Below are positions 10,247 to 20,930 of a stretch of 64,000 nucleotides of DNA, piece after piece; the first letter of the stretch is position 1, and every line of letters starts with the position of its first letter. The DNA is from an uncultured Gemmatimonadales bacterium (GTDB taxonomy: Bacteria; Gemmatimonadota; Gemmatimonadetes; Gemmatimonadales; GWC2-71-9). The position numbers were made by a program, and so were the translations under genes. Under the pieces are notes generated by a model. The model did not search any database and was not told where the DNA came from. It saw only the letters and a list, made by a program, of their open reading frames with translations. The stretch lies in NCBI GenBank assembly GCA_963825055.1, contig CAWGSK010000013.1:263172-327171 (forward strand), given 5' to 3'.

Positions 10247-12328
10247 CTACTCCTTGGGAAGGAGCGCCTTCCGGGAAAGCTTCATGCGGCCGCGATCGTC
10301 GACCTCGAGCAGCTTCACCTGGATTGTGTCGCCCTTCTTGACCACGTCTTCGGTCTTCTCGACCCTGGTGTGGGCGAGCTCCGAGATGTGCAGCAGCCCT
10401 TCCACGCCCGGAAGGATCTCGACGAACGCCCCGAAGGCCGTCGTGCTCTTGACCGGGCCCTCGTAGATCCTGCCCACCTCGGGCTCCGCCACCAGTGCCG
10501 CGACCATCTCGCGGGCACGCTGGCCGGCCTCGCCGCCCACGGCGGCGATGGTCACGAGCCCCGTGTCGTCAACGTTGACCTTGGCACCCGTCTGGTCCTG
10601 GATCCCGCGGATCGTCTTGCCCTTCGGGCCGATGATGTCGCCGATCCGGTCGGGCTTGATCTGGATGGTGATGATCCGGGGCGCGTAGGGCGACAGTTCC
10701 GGCCGCGCCTCGGCCAGTTCCTTCTTCATGATCTTGAGGATGTGGAGCCGGCCCTTGCGTGCCTTCTCCAGCGCTTCCTCCATGATCGCGAGGTCGAGGC
10801 CCTGGATCTTGATGTCCATCTGGATGGACGTGATCCCGCCCTCGGTCCCGGCGACCTTGAAGTCCATGTCACCCAGGTGATCCTCGCTGCCCAGGATGTC
10901 GGTCAGCACGGCGACCTTGTCGCCTTCCTTGATGAGGCCCATCGCCACGCCGGCGCAGTGCGCCTTCATCGGCACGCCCGCGTCCATCAGGGCGAGCGAG
11001 CCGCCGCAGACGGTGGCCATGGAGCTGGACCCGTTGGACTCGAGCACCTCGCTCACCACGCGGAGCGTGTACGGGAAGCCCTCGTAGTCCGGCAGGAGCG
11101 GCTGCAATGCCCGCTCGGCCAGCGCGCCATGCCCGATCTCCCGGCGGCTGGTGCCGCGGATGGGCCGCACCTCGCCGGTGCTGTACGGCGGGAAGTTGTA
11201 GTGCAGCATGAACGACTTGGTCGTCTCGCCGGCCACGTCGATGTTGTCGATCCGCTGCTCGTCATCCGACGTGCCCAGCGTGACCGCCACCAGGGCCTGG
11301 GTCTCGCCCCGCGTGAACAGCGCCGAACCGTGGGCCCGGGGAAGCAGGCCGGTCTCGATCGTGATCGGCCGGACCGTGTCCAGGTCCCGCCCGTCCACCC
11401 GCTCCCCCTGCTCCAGTACCTGGTTCCGCATGGTCCGATACTCGATCGCATCCAGCTCCCCGTAGACATCCTTCATGTTCTCCGGGTAGAGCTCCTGCAG
11501 CTTGCCGATGACCTCGTCCTTCGCCGCCTTGAGCGCCGCCGCGCGCCCGGCCTTGTCCTTGGCATTGATGGACTTCGTGACCAGGTCCTCGGCCATGTCG
11601 CGCACCTTGGCGACCACGGCCTGGTCGGGCTCGGCGCGGTTCCACTCAACCTTCGCCTTGGCGCACTTCTTGATCAGCTTGTTCTCGAGGGTCACCAGCT
11701 CCTTGATGCCCTTCTGGGCCACCTTCAGCGCCGCCACCAGCTCCGTCTCGGAGATCTCGAGGGCGCCGCCCTCGACCATCATGATCGAGTCGGCCTGGCC
11801 CGCCACCGTGATGTCCACGGTGCTGAACTCGAGCTGCTGGAAGGTGGGATTCAGGATCCAGTTGCCATCAACCCGGCCCACCCGGACGGCCGCCACGGGG
11901 CCGTTCCACGGGATCTGGCTCAGGGAGAGCGCGAGCGAGGCGGCGACCACGCCGATCACGTCGGCGTCGTTCTCCTGGTCTGCCGACAGCACCGTCACGA
12001 AGATCTGGATCTCGTTCTTGAAGCCCTTCGGGAAGAGCGGACGCATCGTCCGGTCGATCACCCGGGCCGCAAGGATCTCGTGATCCGAGGGGCGGCCCTC
12101 CCGCTTGATGAAGCCACCCGGGATCCGCCCGGCGGCGTACGTCTTCTCGCGGTACTCGACCGTGAGCGGGAAGAATGGCAGCGTTGATTCCCTGGGGGAC
12201 ATCGTCACCGCGGCCAGCACGACCGTGTCGCCGAACTGGAGGAGCACCGACCCGGCAGCCTGCTTGGCGAGGCGCCCGGTCTCGAGGCTCAGCTTGCGAC
12301 CGGCAAATTCTGTGTCAATCCGTTCCAC
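10247..12328 (-). CDS. pnp: Polyribonucleotide nucleotidyltransferase
   Basis: GRIPGGFIKREGRP, RREIGHG, ESNGSSSMA, DHLGDMDFKVAG, KH and S1 domains. Confidence 0.98.
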   Translation of the reverse strand: MERIDTEFAGRKLSLETGRLAKQAAGSVLLQFGDTVVLAAVTMSPRESTLPFFPLTVEYREKTYAAGRIPGGFIKREGRPSDHEILAARVIDRTMRPLFPKGFKNEIQIFVTVLSADQENDADVIGVVAASLALSLSQIPWNGPVAAVRVGRVDGNWILNPTFQQLEFSTVDITVAGQADSIMMVEGGALEISETELVAALKVAQKGIKELVTLENKLIKKCAKAKVEWNRAEPDQAVVAKVRDMAEDLVTKSINAKDKAGRAAALKAAKDEVIGKLQELYPENMKDVYGELDAIEYRTMRNQVLEQGERVDGRDLDTVRPITIETGLLPRAHGSALFTRGETQALVAVTLGTSDDEQRIDNIDVAGETTKSFMLHYNFPPYSTGEVRPIRGTSRREIGHGALAERALQPLLPDYEGFPYTLRVVSEVLESNGSSSMATVCGGSLALMDAGVPMKAHCAGVAMGLIKEGDKVAVLTDILGSEDHLGDMDFKVAGTEGGITSIQMDIKIQGLDLAIMEEALEKARKGRLHILKIMKKELAEARPELSPYAPRIITIQIKPDRIGDIIGPKGKTIRGIQDQTGAKVNVDDTGLVTIAAVGGEAGQRAREMVAALVAEPEVGRIYEGPVKSTTAFGAFVEILPGVEGLLHISELAHTRVEKTEDVVKKGDTIQVKLLEVDDRGRMKLSRKALLPKE

Positions 12329-12366
12329 GTTGTTGGACCTTTGCGTCTGGTGAGCACACCAATGCG

Positions 12367-12400
12367 AAACGGGCGCCCCTGTGCTCTGCTGGGGCGCCCG
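12367..12400 (-). terminator. Stem-loop between rpsO and pnp (terminator or processing site)
   Basis: 10-bp stem cgggcgcccc/ggggcgcccg followed by TTT on the minus strand. Confidence 0.6.
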
Positions 12401-12417
12401 GCCTGGCTCGCGCGAGG

Positions 12418-12678
12418 TTAGTGACGGAGACCGAGTTGATCGATCAGCTCACGGTACGTCTCGAGGTCGCTCTTGCGGAGGTAGGTCAGCAGCCGACGCC
12501 GCTGGCCCACCATCTTGAGCAGACCCCGACGCCCGTGGTGATCCTTGGGGTGGGTCCGGAAATGATCCGTGAGGTAGTTGATGCGTTCCGTGAGGAGCGC
12601 GACCTGGACGCGGGCCGATCCCGTGTCACCCTCGGTGCGGGCATGCTTCTCGATGACCGCCTGCTTGTCAAACCCCAT
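12418..12678 (-). CDS. rpsO: 30S ribosomal protein S15
   Basis: [35 protein letters not shown]. Confidence 0.98.
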   Translation of the reverse strand: MGFDKQAVIEKHARTEGDTGSARVQVALLTERINYLTDHFRTHPKDHHGRRGLLKMVGQRRRLLTYLRKSDLETYRELIDQLGLRH

Positions 12679-12790
12679 CTCGCCACTTCCTCATCTGTTT
12701 ACGCGAGCAGTGCTTAAGCGATTCTGTGATAGCAGGGGAATGTAGCGGGAAACTGGGGGGTGGGGCAAGGGGGATGGGGGGCGAGAGAGG

Positions 12791-12874
12791 GTGGCGAGTG
12801 GCAAGTGGCAAGTGGCAAGTGGCAAGTGGCAAGTGGCAAGTGGCAAATGGGGAGTGGGGAGTGGGGAGTGGCCA
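12791..12874. repeat. Heptamer tandem repeat, left arm around the four-helix-bundle gene
   Basis: gtggcga,(gtggcaa)x7,atgggga,(gtgggga)x2,gtggcca. Confidence 0.95.
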
Positions 12875-12958
12875 ACGCAAGGGGAAGGACGGGATGGATG
12901 GGTCCAGACCTCAGGAATTCGGTACGCTTCCCAGGCGCCCAGGGATGAACTTCCCATC

Positions 12959-13330
12959 ATGGAAGATCAGTCGAGGACAGGCTCCTACCAGGGCCTTGAG
13001 GCCTGGCGGGAAGCCATGGCCCTGGCGGAGTCTGTCTGGCAGGAAACCCGAACATTTCCCGCAGAAGAGCGCTACGTCCTGAGCCAGCAGCTCCGCCGGG
13101 CGGCCTCCTCGATTCCGGCCAATATCGCCGAGGGGTTCGGCCGGCGCAGCGGTGGAGACTACCGGCGTTTCCTGGCCATCGCCAACGGTTCGCTGAAGGA
13201 GGCGGAAACCCAGATTCTACTGGCGGCACGCGTCGGTGTATTGCCGCCAGAAGTTGCGGATCGGATGGTCAAGAGAACGAACCGAATCGGACGACTGTTG
13301 CTTGGATTGTGTCGATCTCTGAAGCGATAG
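12959..13330 (+). CDS. Four helix bundle protein (23S rRNA IVP / Avd-like family)
   Basis: SYQGLEAWREAMALA..FPAEERYVLSQQLRRAASSIPANIAEG..FLAIANGSLKEAETQ signature. Confidence 0.93.
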   Translation: MEDQSRTGSYQGLEAWREAMALAESVWQETRTFPAEERYVLSQQLRRAASSIPANIAEGFGRRSGGDYRRFLAIANGSLKEAETQILLAARVGVLPPEVADRMVKRTNRIGRLLLGLCRSLKR

Positions 13331-13346
13331 GAACCCCTACCGCCGC

Positions 13347-13415
13347 TGGCCACTTCCCATTGGCCCACTTCCCACTCGCCATTTACCACTTACCACTTGC
13401 CACTTACCACTCGCC
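13347..13415. repeat. Heptamer tandem repeat, right (inverted) arm
   Basis: tggccac/ttcccat/ttcccac/tcgccat/ttaccac/ttgccac units, complementary to the left arm; abuts the rseP stop. Confidence 0.9.
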
Positions 13416-14786
13416 TATATCCCCACCAACCTCAAAATGTCGTTCGAAAACACAAACACCATCAGCAGCACGATCATCACCAGCCCGACCGCCGTCAGGC
13501 GCTCCCGCACCTTGAGGCTGAGCGGCTTGCGCTGGACGGCCTCCGCCACCAGGAAGAGGAACTGACCGCCGTCCAGCACGGGGATAGGCAGGAGGTTCAG
13601 CACCGCGAGGTTCACCGAGATCAGCGCCATGAAGGCGATGAAGACATCCCAGCCGAGCTGGGCACTCTGGCCGGCCATCTGCGCGATCGCGATCGGGCCG
13701 CCCAGCTGGCGGCCGCTCACCCGCCGGGTGGCGATCCCGCGCACGGTGCGCACGATGAGCGTGGACGCCGCGATGGTCTGATCGGTGCCTGCCGCGAGCG
13801 CGCCGCCCACGGAAAGGGCCCGGTGTTCGATCCCCCGGTCCACGCCAATGCCGATCTGGCCCCGCTGTGTCTCCGAGCCGTCGGCCGCGGTGTCCGTGAC
13901 CGCCTCCGGCACGAGGGTCAGGGTGGCGTGCCCGGAGGCCCGGCCGATCTCGAGCGACAGGGACTCGCCCGGATGGGGGCGGATCTTGCCGACCATGTCG
14001 TACCACTGGATCACCGGCTCACCGTTGACGGCGAGGACGGTGTCGCCCCGCGCGAGGCCGGCCTTCGCCGCGGGGGAGCCGGGCTGGACCAGCCCGACCA
14101 CCGCCGGCTGCCAGGGCTGCACCGCCTGCCCGAGCGCCAGCCGATCCTCCAGCGCATCGACGTGCACCGGAATGGTGACATCGGGCTTGCCGGCCCGCTG
14201 CACCACCACTTCGCGTCCCGGGTGCCGACTGGAGCTCGGCATTCACGTCGTTCCAGTTCTCCACCGGCCGGCCGTTGATCGCCACGATGCTGTCGCCCGG
14301 CTGGAGCGCCGCGACCGGTTGCACCGACTCGGGGAGTCCCGCGGTGATCACCTCGCCCACCCGCGTGGTCGGCAGGATCTCCGCGCCCTTGATGAGCGCA
14401 ATACTGGTGTAGGCCACCCACGCGAACACGAGGTTCATGGTGACACCGGCCAGGATGACGATCATCCGCACCCAGACCGGCTTCGCCTCGAAGACCCGGT
14501 CCGGCGGCACCTGGGCGTTGTCCGCCCCGCCCTCCAGCACGCTGTTCGAGGTGTCCTCCTCCCGGCTCGCCATCTTCACGTACCCGCCCAGCGGAAGCCA
14601 GGAGACGGAGTACTCCGTCTCGCCCCGCTTCCGGGTGAGCCAGCGGATCGGGGCGCCCAGGCCCAGGGAGAACCGGTGCACCCAGATACCGGCCGCCTTG
14701 GCGGCCATGAAGTGCCCCGCCTCGTGCACGAAGATGAGGACGCCCAGGACGACAATCAGGGCGGCCAGGCTGATCAGAAAGGTCAC
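13415..14786 (-). CDS. rseP: RIP metalloprotease RseP (apparent frameshift near 14220)
   Basis: HEAGH, PLGGYVKM, PDZ domains, NLLPIPVLDGG split over two frames. Confidence 0.92.
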
Positions 14787-15904
14787 GACAATACCTCGCG
14801 GGCCCGGGCGCGGGCCCAGGTGTCCGCATCGCAGACGACGTCGAGCGACGTGGCGGGTTCCGGACGGTGCTCGTCCAGGACCCGGGTGATCGTCTCGACG
14901 ATACGGGAAAACGGAACCTCGTGATTCAGGAAGGCGGCGACCGCCACCTCGTTGGCCGCGCTGAATACCGCGGGGGCGGTACCGCCGGCCCGCCCGGCCC
15001 CCACCCCAGCGGCGAACGCGCCGAAGACATCCGTCCGCACCGGCTCGAACGTGAGCGCGGAAGCGGCCACCGGATCGAACCGCGGCACGCCCTGGTCGGG
15101 CAGCCGCCCCGGGTGGGTCAGGGCGTAGAGGATCGGGAGCTCCATGGTGGGAAAGCCGAGCTGCGCGATCACGCTGCCATCGCAGAACTCCACGAAGGCG
15201 TGCACGATACTCTGCGGGTGCACGACCACCTCGAGCCGGTCGTAGGGCAGCCCGAAGAGGTGATGCGCCTCGATGACCTCCAGCGCCTTGTTCGCGAGCG
15301 TGGCGCTGTCCACCGTGATCTTGTCACCCATGTTCCAGGTCGGGTGCTTGAGCGCGTCGGCCACGGTCGCCCGTCCCACCGCCTCGGCGCTCCAGTCACG
15401 GAACGGGCCGCCGGACGCCGTGAGGATGAGGCGCTCGAGCGCGGAATCCCGGCCCTGGAGGCACTGGAGCACGGCGCTGTGCTCGGAGTCCACCGGCACG
15501 AGTTCCCCGCCCCCCTCGCGCGCCGCCTGGAGCATCAGCTCACCAGCCAGCACCAGCGATTCCTTGTTGGCCAGGGCGACCCGCTTGCCCGCCCGGAGCG
15601 CCGCAAGTGTTGCCTCCAGGCCGGCAGCGCCCACCACGGCATTAACCACGATGTCCGCGTCCGGATGGGTGGCGGCCTCCACCAGGACGTCCTTCCCCTG
15701 GCGGATCCGGCCATTGCAGGCGGGGTCGGGCTCGACCAGGCCGGCCAGCGCCGGGCGCCATTCGGCCGCCTGCGCCTCGAGCAGCACGCGGTTCTTCCCC
15801 GCGGTGAGCGCGACCACGCGGAATGCCCCCGCGTGACGGCCGAGCACGGCCAGCGTGCTCCGCCCGATGGAGCCGGTGGAGCCGAGGATGGCCACCCCGC
15901 GCAT
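14783..15904 (-). CDS. dxr: 1-deoxy-D-xylulose-5-phosphate reductoisomerase
   Basis: LGSTGSIG, LANKESLV, PVDSEHSA, TASGGPF, HPTWNMG. Confidence 0.97.
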   Translation of the reverse strand: MRGVAILGSTGSIGRSTLAVLGRHAGAFRVVALTAGKNRVLLEAQAAEWRPALAGLVEPDPACNGRIRQGKDVLVEAATHPDADIVVNAVVGAAGLEATLAALRAGKRVALANKESLVLAGELMLQAAREGGGELVPVDSEHSAVLQCLQGRDSALERLILTASGGPFRDWSAEAVGRATVADALKHPTWNMGDKITVDSATLANKALEVIEAHHLFGLPYDRLEVVVHPQSIVHAFVEFCDGSVIAQLGFPTMELPILYALTHPGRLPDQGVPRFDPVAASALTFEPVRTDVFGAFAAGVGAGRAGGTAPAVFSAANEVAVAAFLNHEVPFSRIVETITRVLDEHRPEPATSLDVVCDADTWARARAREVLS

Positions 15905-16770
15905 CAGATGATCCCGAGGAGCTTGTACAGGAGGGCTGCGGTGGGCACCACGAAGTACAGTGAGTCGAGTCGATCCAGCACGCCGCCGTGCCCGGGGATC
16001 AGCGCGCTGGAGTCCTTCACCCCGGCCTCGCGCTTGAAGAGTGATTCTGCCAGGTCGCCCAGCTGGCCGATGACGGTCCAGATCCCGGCCAGCAGGAGGA
16101 GTTGCCAGAGCGGAATCACGACGCCGAATGGCTCGAGGGCCAGCCGGCCGAAGAGTGGCGCCACCGCCATGCCGGCCACGATCCCGGCGATGGTGCCCGA
16201 GCGGGTCTTCCCGGGGCTCACGGTGGGCGCCAGCTTCGGGCCGCCCATCGCTTTGCCCCCGAACATCGCCGCCGTATCGCACACCCACGTCACGACGAGC
16301 GGGAAGAAGACCAGCCACGCGCCGCGCCACGACTTGAGGCCGTCCTGGCTGTGGCGGATCACGATCAGGAACGCCGGCAGCAGGCCGGCGTAGAGCACGC
16401 CGAAGACCGTCACCGCCACCGCGCTGAGCGGCCGCTCGCCGGGCGCGCGGCGCAGCAGGGCCCACACCATCAGGCCCAGCAGCCACATGGCGCCGGCGTA
16501 GAAGCCGAAGGCCAGGATCCACCAGGAACGGTCCAGCGCGGAGAGGGCGAGGTAGCCGACCGGGGCGAAGACGACCACCGTCAGCATGCCGAGTTCCTGG
16601 GCCGGCTCGATCCGCTGGCGCCGGGCGAAGTCGAACACCTCGCGGGTACCCAGAACGCCGGCGAAGGCCACGAGCGCGGCCAGGGGCCAGCCGCCGTAGA
16701 AAACCACGGCGAGGGCCACGGGGATGGCAACGGCCGCGAAGAGCACGCGGCGGACCAGGTTGCTGTCCAT
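15904..16770 (-). CDS. cdsA: Phosphatidate cytidylyltransferase
   Basis: SPGKT, GDLAESLFKREAGVKDSSALIPGHGGVLDRLDS. Confidence 0.96.
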   Translation of the reverse strand: MDSNLVRRVLFAAVAIPVALAVVFYGGWPLAALVAFAGVLGTREVFDFARRQRIEPAQELGMLTVVVFAPVGYLALSALDRSWWILAFGFYAGAMWLLGLMVWALLRRAPGERPLSAVAVTVFGVLYAGLLPAFLIVIRHSQDGLKSWRGAWLVFFPLVVTWVCDTAAMFGGKAMGGPKLAPTVSPGKTRSGTIAGIVAGMAVAPLFGRLALEPFGVVIPLWQLLLLAGIWTVIGQLGDLAESLFKREAGVKDSSALIPGHGGVLDRLDSLYFVVPTAALLYKLLGII

Positions 16771-17507
16771 CAGGCCATGACGCGGCCGAACCGCCGGTCC
16801 CGCCGCTGGAAGTCCAGAATGGCCTCGAAGAGGTGCTGGCGGGTAAAGTCCGGCCACAGGACCGGGGTCACCCAGATTTCGGCGTAGGCCAGCTGCCAGA
16901 GGAGGAAGTTGGACAGGCGCATTTCGCCGGAGGTGCGGATGAGCAGGTCGGGGTCGGGCCAGGGCGCGGTGTAGAGTTCCGCTGCCACGGCGGCCTCGTC
17001 GATCTGCGCGGGGTCCAGCGTGCCCTCCGCCACGCGCTCGGCAAGGTGCCGGGCGGCGCGCGTCAGCTCGGCGCGGGAACCGTACGAGATGCAGATATTG
17101 AGGGCGAGCCGGGTGCCGCCGGCGGTGGCCGAGACGATGCGCTTGACCGCGTCGAGCGCGGCGGGGCTCAGGCGCGAGAGGTCGCCGAGCATGCGGACGG
17201 CGACGCCCTGGGCGCAGAGCTCATCCACCTCGCGGGCGATGTACTCCTGCAGCAGCGCCATCAGGGCGTCGATCTCCTCGGGCGGCCGCTGCCAGTTCTC
17301 CTGGCTGAACGCGAAGAGTGTCAGCACCTCCACGCCCGCCGCCAGACAGCCCTCGACCACCTCGCGCACGGCCTTCATGCCCTCCTGGTGCCCGAGCGGG
17401 CGGGGGAGGGAGCGGGTGCGGGCCCAGCGGCCGTTCCCGTCCATGATGATCGCGATATGGGCCGGTACCGCCCCGTTGACGCGAACGCGCTCCAGCAGGT
17501 CTTCCAT
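16770..17507 (-). CDS. uppS: Isoprenyl transferase (undecaprenyl diphosphate synthase)
   Basis: HIAIIMDGNGRWA, FSQENWQRP, IRTSGEMRLSNFLLWQ. Confidence 0.97.
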   Translation of the reverse strand: MEDLLERVRVNGAVPAHIAIIMDGNGRWARTRSLPRPLGHQEGMKAVREVVEGCLAAGVEVLTLFAFSQENWQRPPEEIDALMALLQEYIAREVDELCAQGVAVRMLGDLSRLSPAALDAVKRIVSATAGGTRLALNICISYGSRAELTRAARHLAERVAEGTLDPAQIDEAAVAAELYTAPWPDPDLLIRTSGEMRLSNFLLWQLAYAEIWVTPVLWPDFTRQHLFEAILDFQRRDRRFGRVMA

Positions 17508-17511
17508 GCGG

Positions 17512-18066
17512 CTAGACTACCATGATCTCCGCTTCCTTCGCGGCCATGATTTCCTCGATCTGCCCGGTATGCTCGTCCGTGAGCTTCTGGACGTCCTTCT
17601 CCGCCCGGGTCTTGTCGTCCTCGGACACCTTCTCCAGCTTCTTGATGGCGTGCATCGCCTCGGTCCGGGCGTGCCGCACTCCAATCCGTCCTTCTTCGGC
17701 CAGCTTGTGCACCAGCTTCACCAGCTCGCGACGGCGCTCCTCGGTGAGCGCGGGAATGGGCACCCGGATGATGCCGCCCTGGCTGGCCGGGTTGAGCCCC
17801 AGGTCGGCGTCACGGATGGCCTTCTCGATCGCCTGCGTGACGCCCTTGTCGAAGGGCTGCACCGTCAGCATCCGCGGCTCGGGCGCCGCCACGAGGGCGA
17901 CCTGGTTGAGCGGCACGTGGCTGCCGTAGGCGTCGACGCGGACCAGGTCGAGCAGCTGCGGGCTCGCCTTGCCGCTCCGGATGGTCTGCAGCTCCCGCTT
18001 GGTGCTCTCGATCGCCTTGTGCATGGCTTCGCGGGCGTGCTGCACGACTTCGGGGATGGTGCTCAT
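17512..18066 (-). CDS. frr: Ribosome recycling factor
   Basis: [26 protein letters not shown]. Confidence 0.97.
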   Translation of the reverse strand: MSTIPEVVQHAREAMHKAIESTKRELQTIRSGKASPQLLDLVRVDAYGSHVPLNQVALVAAPEPRMLTVQPFDKGVTQAIEKAIRDADLGLNPASQGGIIRVPIPALTEERRRELVKLVHKLAEEGRIGVRHARTEAMHAIKKLEKVSEDDKTRAEKDVQKLTDEHTGQIEEIMAAKEAEIMVV

Positions 18067-18779
18067 CGTACGATCGTCCCTACCCGGTCCCCCTGCAGGA
18101 TCTGGTGCACGGCGCCGGGACGGTTGAGGTTGAAGACGATGATCGGCAGGTTGTTGCCCATGCAGAGTCCGAACGCGGTCGCGTCCATCACCGCGTACTG
18201 TTTGACGAGTGCTTCCTGGAAGGACAGCTCGGGCATGAACTCCGCTGAGGAATCCTTCCGCGGGTCAGCGGTGTAGATCCCGTCCACGTTGGTGCCCTTC
18301 AGGATCACCTCCGCCTCGATCTCCAGCGCGCGGAGGACCGCGGCGGTGTCGGTCGAAAAGTACGGGTTGCCCGTCCCGCCCGCAAAAATCACGAGCCGGC
18401 CCTTTTCCAGGTGGCGGATGGCGCGCCGGCGGATATACGGCTCCGCCAGCGATTCCATGCGGATCGCGGTCATGACCCGCGTATCCACGCCCCGCTTCTC
18501 CAGGATGTCCTGCAGCGCCAGCGCGTTGATGACCGTCGCCAGCATGCCCATGTAGTCCGCGGCCACGCGATCGAGGCCCTCGCTGCTGGCCTTCGCGCCC
18601 CGCATGATGTTGCCGCCGCCCACCACCACGCAGAGGCGGACGCCGCTCTCATGCACCTGCTTGAGCTCGTCCGCCAGCTGCTCGACCACGCGGTAATCGA
18701 GGCCGAACCCCTTTTCTCCCGCCAGGGCCTCCCCCGACAGCTTGAGCAGGGCGCGCTGGTAGGCCGGGGGCACGCTCAC
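18063..18779 (-). CDS. pyrH: UMP kinase
   Basis: [33 protein letters not shown]. Confidence 0.97.
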   Translation of the reverse strand: MSVPPAYQRALLKLSGEALAGEKGFGLDYRVVEQLADELKQVHESGVRLCVVVGGGNIMRGAKASSEGLDRVAADYMGMLATVINALALQDILEKRGVDTRVMTAIRMESLAEPYIRRRAIRHLEKGRLVIFAGGTGNPYFSTDTAAVLRALEIEAEVILKGTNVDGIYTADPRKDSSAEFMPELSFQEALVKQYAVMDATAFGLCMGNNLPIIVFNLNRPGAVHQILQGDRVGTIVR

Positions 18780-19381
18780 TCCTCGCCGATCTTGAACCGC
18801 GCGAAGCGCCGGACCGAAACGGCCTCGCCCAGCTTGCCGGAGATCTCCTTGATCATCTGGCCGACCGTCTTCGAATCGTCCTTGACGTACGGCTGTTCGG
18901 TCAGGGCGCGCTCCGCGATGAACTTGCGGATCTTGCCCTCCACGATCTTGCCCCGCACGGCCTCCGGCTTGCCCTCCGCCACCACCTGCTCCTCGGCGAT
19001 CCGCCGCTCGCGGGCCACGAGGTCCTCGGGCACGTCCCCGGGCGCCACCGCGATCGGGTCGGCGCTGGCCACGTGGAGCGCGAGATCGCGCGCCAGGGCC
19101 TGGAAGTCATCCGTGCGCGCCACGAAGTCGGTCTCGCAGTTCAGCTCGAGCAGCACGCCCACCTGCTGGTTGTGGTGGATGTAGCTCACCACCACACCCT
19201 CGCCGGCGCTGCGCCCGCTCCGCTTCTCCGCCTTGGCGATGCCCTTCTTGCGGAGCAGCTCGCCCGCCTTGTCCAGGTCGCCGCCGCTCTCTTCCAGTGC
19301 GCGCTTGCAATCCATCATGCCGGCGCCGGTGCGCTGGCGCAGTTCGCTGATGTCCTTTGTCGAAATCGTCGTGCTTGCCAT
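18776..19381 (-). CDS. tsf: Elongation factor Ts (short form)
   Basis: [23 protein letters not shown]. Confidence 0.97.
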   Translation of the reverse strand: MASTTISTKDISELRQRTGAGMMDCKRALEESGGDLDKAGELLRKKGIAKAEKRSGRSAGEGVVVSYIHHNQQVGVLLELNCETDFVARTDDFQALARDLALHVASADPIAVAPGDVPEDLVARERRIAEEQVVAEGKPEAVRGKIVEGKIRKFIAERALTEQPYVKDDSKTVGQMIKEISGKLGEAVSVRRFARFKIGEE

Positions 19382-19468
19382 CGGTCCCTCTGGTGGATAG
19401 TAAGACCGCCGCCCCAGGCCGGGGGGCCGTGGAGCGGCGGTGGTGTCGTCGGCGCGGGCCCGGCCGGC

Positions 19469-20380
19469 TTACGCGTCCGTGTCGCCCGCGGGCGATGCTG
19501 CCGCCTCGGAATCGGCGCCTTCCCCGGCGTCCGCCTCCGCCGGTTCGTTCTTCATGCGGGCCGCGATCGCCTCCGGCTTCGGCCGCCGCTTCCGGCGGGG
19601 ACGGCGACGGCGCCGCTCGGCGTCCACATCGCCCTCGCTCCCGGCGTCGGTGCTGTAGGTCTCGGCCTCGACGTCCTCGGACTGCTCGCGCGCCGGGGCC
19701 TGCGCCCGTGCCTCGCGGATCGCGTCACCCAGCGCTCCGGTGATCAGCGAGACCGCCCGGATCGCATCGTCGTTGCCGGGAATCGGCACCGTGATCACGT
19801 CGGGGTCGGCGTTGGTGTCCACGATCGCCACCACCGGGATCCCGAGCTTGTTCGCCTCGGCCACGGCAATCCGCTCCTTGCGCGCGTCCACCACGAACAG
19901 CGCGCCGGGCAGCCGGCCCATCTGCTTGATGCCCTCGAGGTTGCGGCTCAGCTTCTCCCGCTCCCGCTCGAACAGCAGCTTTTCCTTCTTCGTGTAGTTC
20001 TCGAACTCGCCCTCGGCCTCGCCCTGCTCCAGCTCCTTGTACCGCCGGATCTGCTTCTTGATCGTCTGGAAGTTCGTCAGCATCCCGCCCAGCCAGCGCT
20101 CCGTCACCCAGTAGGCGCCGCAGTTCTGCGCCTCCGCCTGGACGATGCCCTTCAGCTGGCGCTTGGTGCAGACGAACAGGACGTTCTCGCCGCGCAGGAT
20201 CACGCTGCGGAGCAGTTCCTCCGCCTTGCCGATCTGCCGGAGCGTCTTCTGCAGGTCAATGATGTAGATCCCCGAGCGCTCGGCGAAGATGAACCGGCGC
20301 ATCTTGGGATTCCAGCGGCGGGTCTGGTGGCCGAAGTGGACTCCGGCTTCAAGCAGGTCGGTCAGTTGCGGCTGTGGCAT
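19469..20380 (-). CDS. rpsB: 30S ribosomal protein S2
   Basis: LLEAGVHFGHQTRRWNPKM, RWLGGMLTNF, PGNDDAIR. Confidence 0.98.
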   Translation of the reverse strand: MPQPQLTDLLEAGVHFGHQTRRWNPKMRRFIFAERSGIYIIDLQKTLRQIGKAEELLRSVILRGENVLFVCTKRQLKGIVQAEAQNCGAYWVTERWLGGMLTNFQTIKKQIRRYKELEQGEAEGEFENYTKKEKLLFEREREKLSRNLEGIKQMGRLPGALFVVDARKERIAVAEANKLGIPVVAIVDTNADPDVITVPIPGNDDAIRAVSLITGALGDAIREARAQAPAREQSEDVEAETYSTDAGSEGDVDAERRRRRPRRKRRPKPEAIAARMKNEPAEADAGEGADSEAAASPAGDTDA

Positions 20381-20404
20381 GCGAGTCCTGGTATCCTGTC
20401 TTCC

Positions 20405-20486
20405 TGGGGGTTTGTCGTCCATCGCCTTCACCTGTCCGGCCCGAACCCCGAAGGGCACCCCGGGCCGCCATCCGGCGATGTGTGAG
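20405..20486 (-). ncRNA. rpsB leader (t44/S2 leader-like RNA)
   Basis: Minus strand CACACA..CCGGGGTGCCC TTC GGG..TCGG..TGGA..AAACCCC resembles the S2 leader, including the GGGGU/ACCCC pairing; 5' of rpsB. Confidence 0.7.
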
Positions 20487-20528
20487 TTGTCCTGCATCGG
20501 CAGGGGCGGGACTGCCCGCCCGCGCCGG

Positions 20529-20930
20529 TTACCGCTTGCTGAACTGGAACCGCTTCCGGGCGCCCGGACGTCCGGGCTTCTTCCGTTCCACGGCCCGCGG
20601 GTCACGCGTGAGGAGGCCGGCCGCCCGGAGTTTCGTCCGGTGCGTCTCGTCCGCCTGCACCAGCGCCCGGGCGATGCCGAGCCGGAGCGCGCCGGCCTGG
20701 CCGGTCATGCCGCCGCCATCCACATGCGCCTTCACGTCGAACGCGCCGAGCGTGTCGGTCGCGCCGAAGGACTGCTGGATGTGCTGCACCAGGGAGGGAC
20801 GGGGGAAATAGTCCCCCAGGGTCCGCCCGTTGATGTCCCACTTGCCGGTGCCCGGCGTCAGGTAGACGCGCGCGACACTCGTCTTCCGACGGCCCACCGC
20901 GTTCCAGCGAAACTCGTTGCCAGCGCTCAT
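20529..20930 (-). CDS. rpsI: 30S ribosomal protein S9
   Basis: GRRKTSVARV, GGGMTGQAGA, ERKKPG..QFSKR. Confidence 0.98.
   Translation of the reverse strand: MSAGNEFRWNAVGRRKTSVARVYLTPGTGKWDINGRTLGDYFPRPSLVQHIQQSFGATDTLGAFDVKAHVDGGGMTGQAGALRLGIARALVQADETHRTKLRAAGLLTRDPRAVERKKPGRPGARKRFQFSKR

Noticed and set aside
12668..13082. ORFs with ATCHLPL / WQVASGK peptide repeats
   Set aside because: They are translations of the heptamer DNA arrays; the same applies to the N-terminal extension of ORF 49749-50498.
12791..13415. CRISPR array, or a diversity-generating retroelement around the Avd-like gene
   Set aside because: Units are 7 nt with no spacers, and the window has no cas genes, reverse transcriptase or TR/VR pair.
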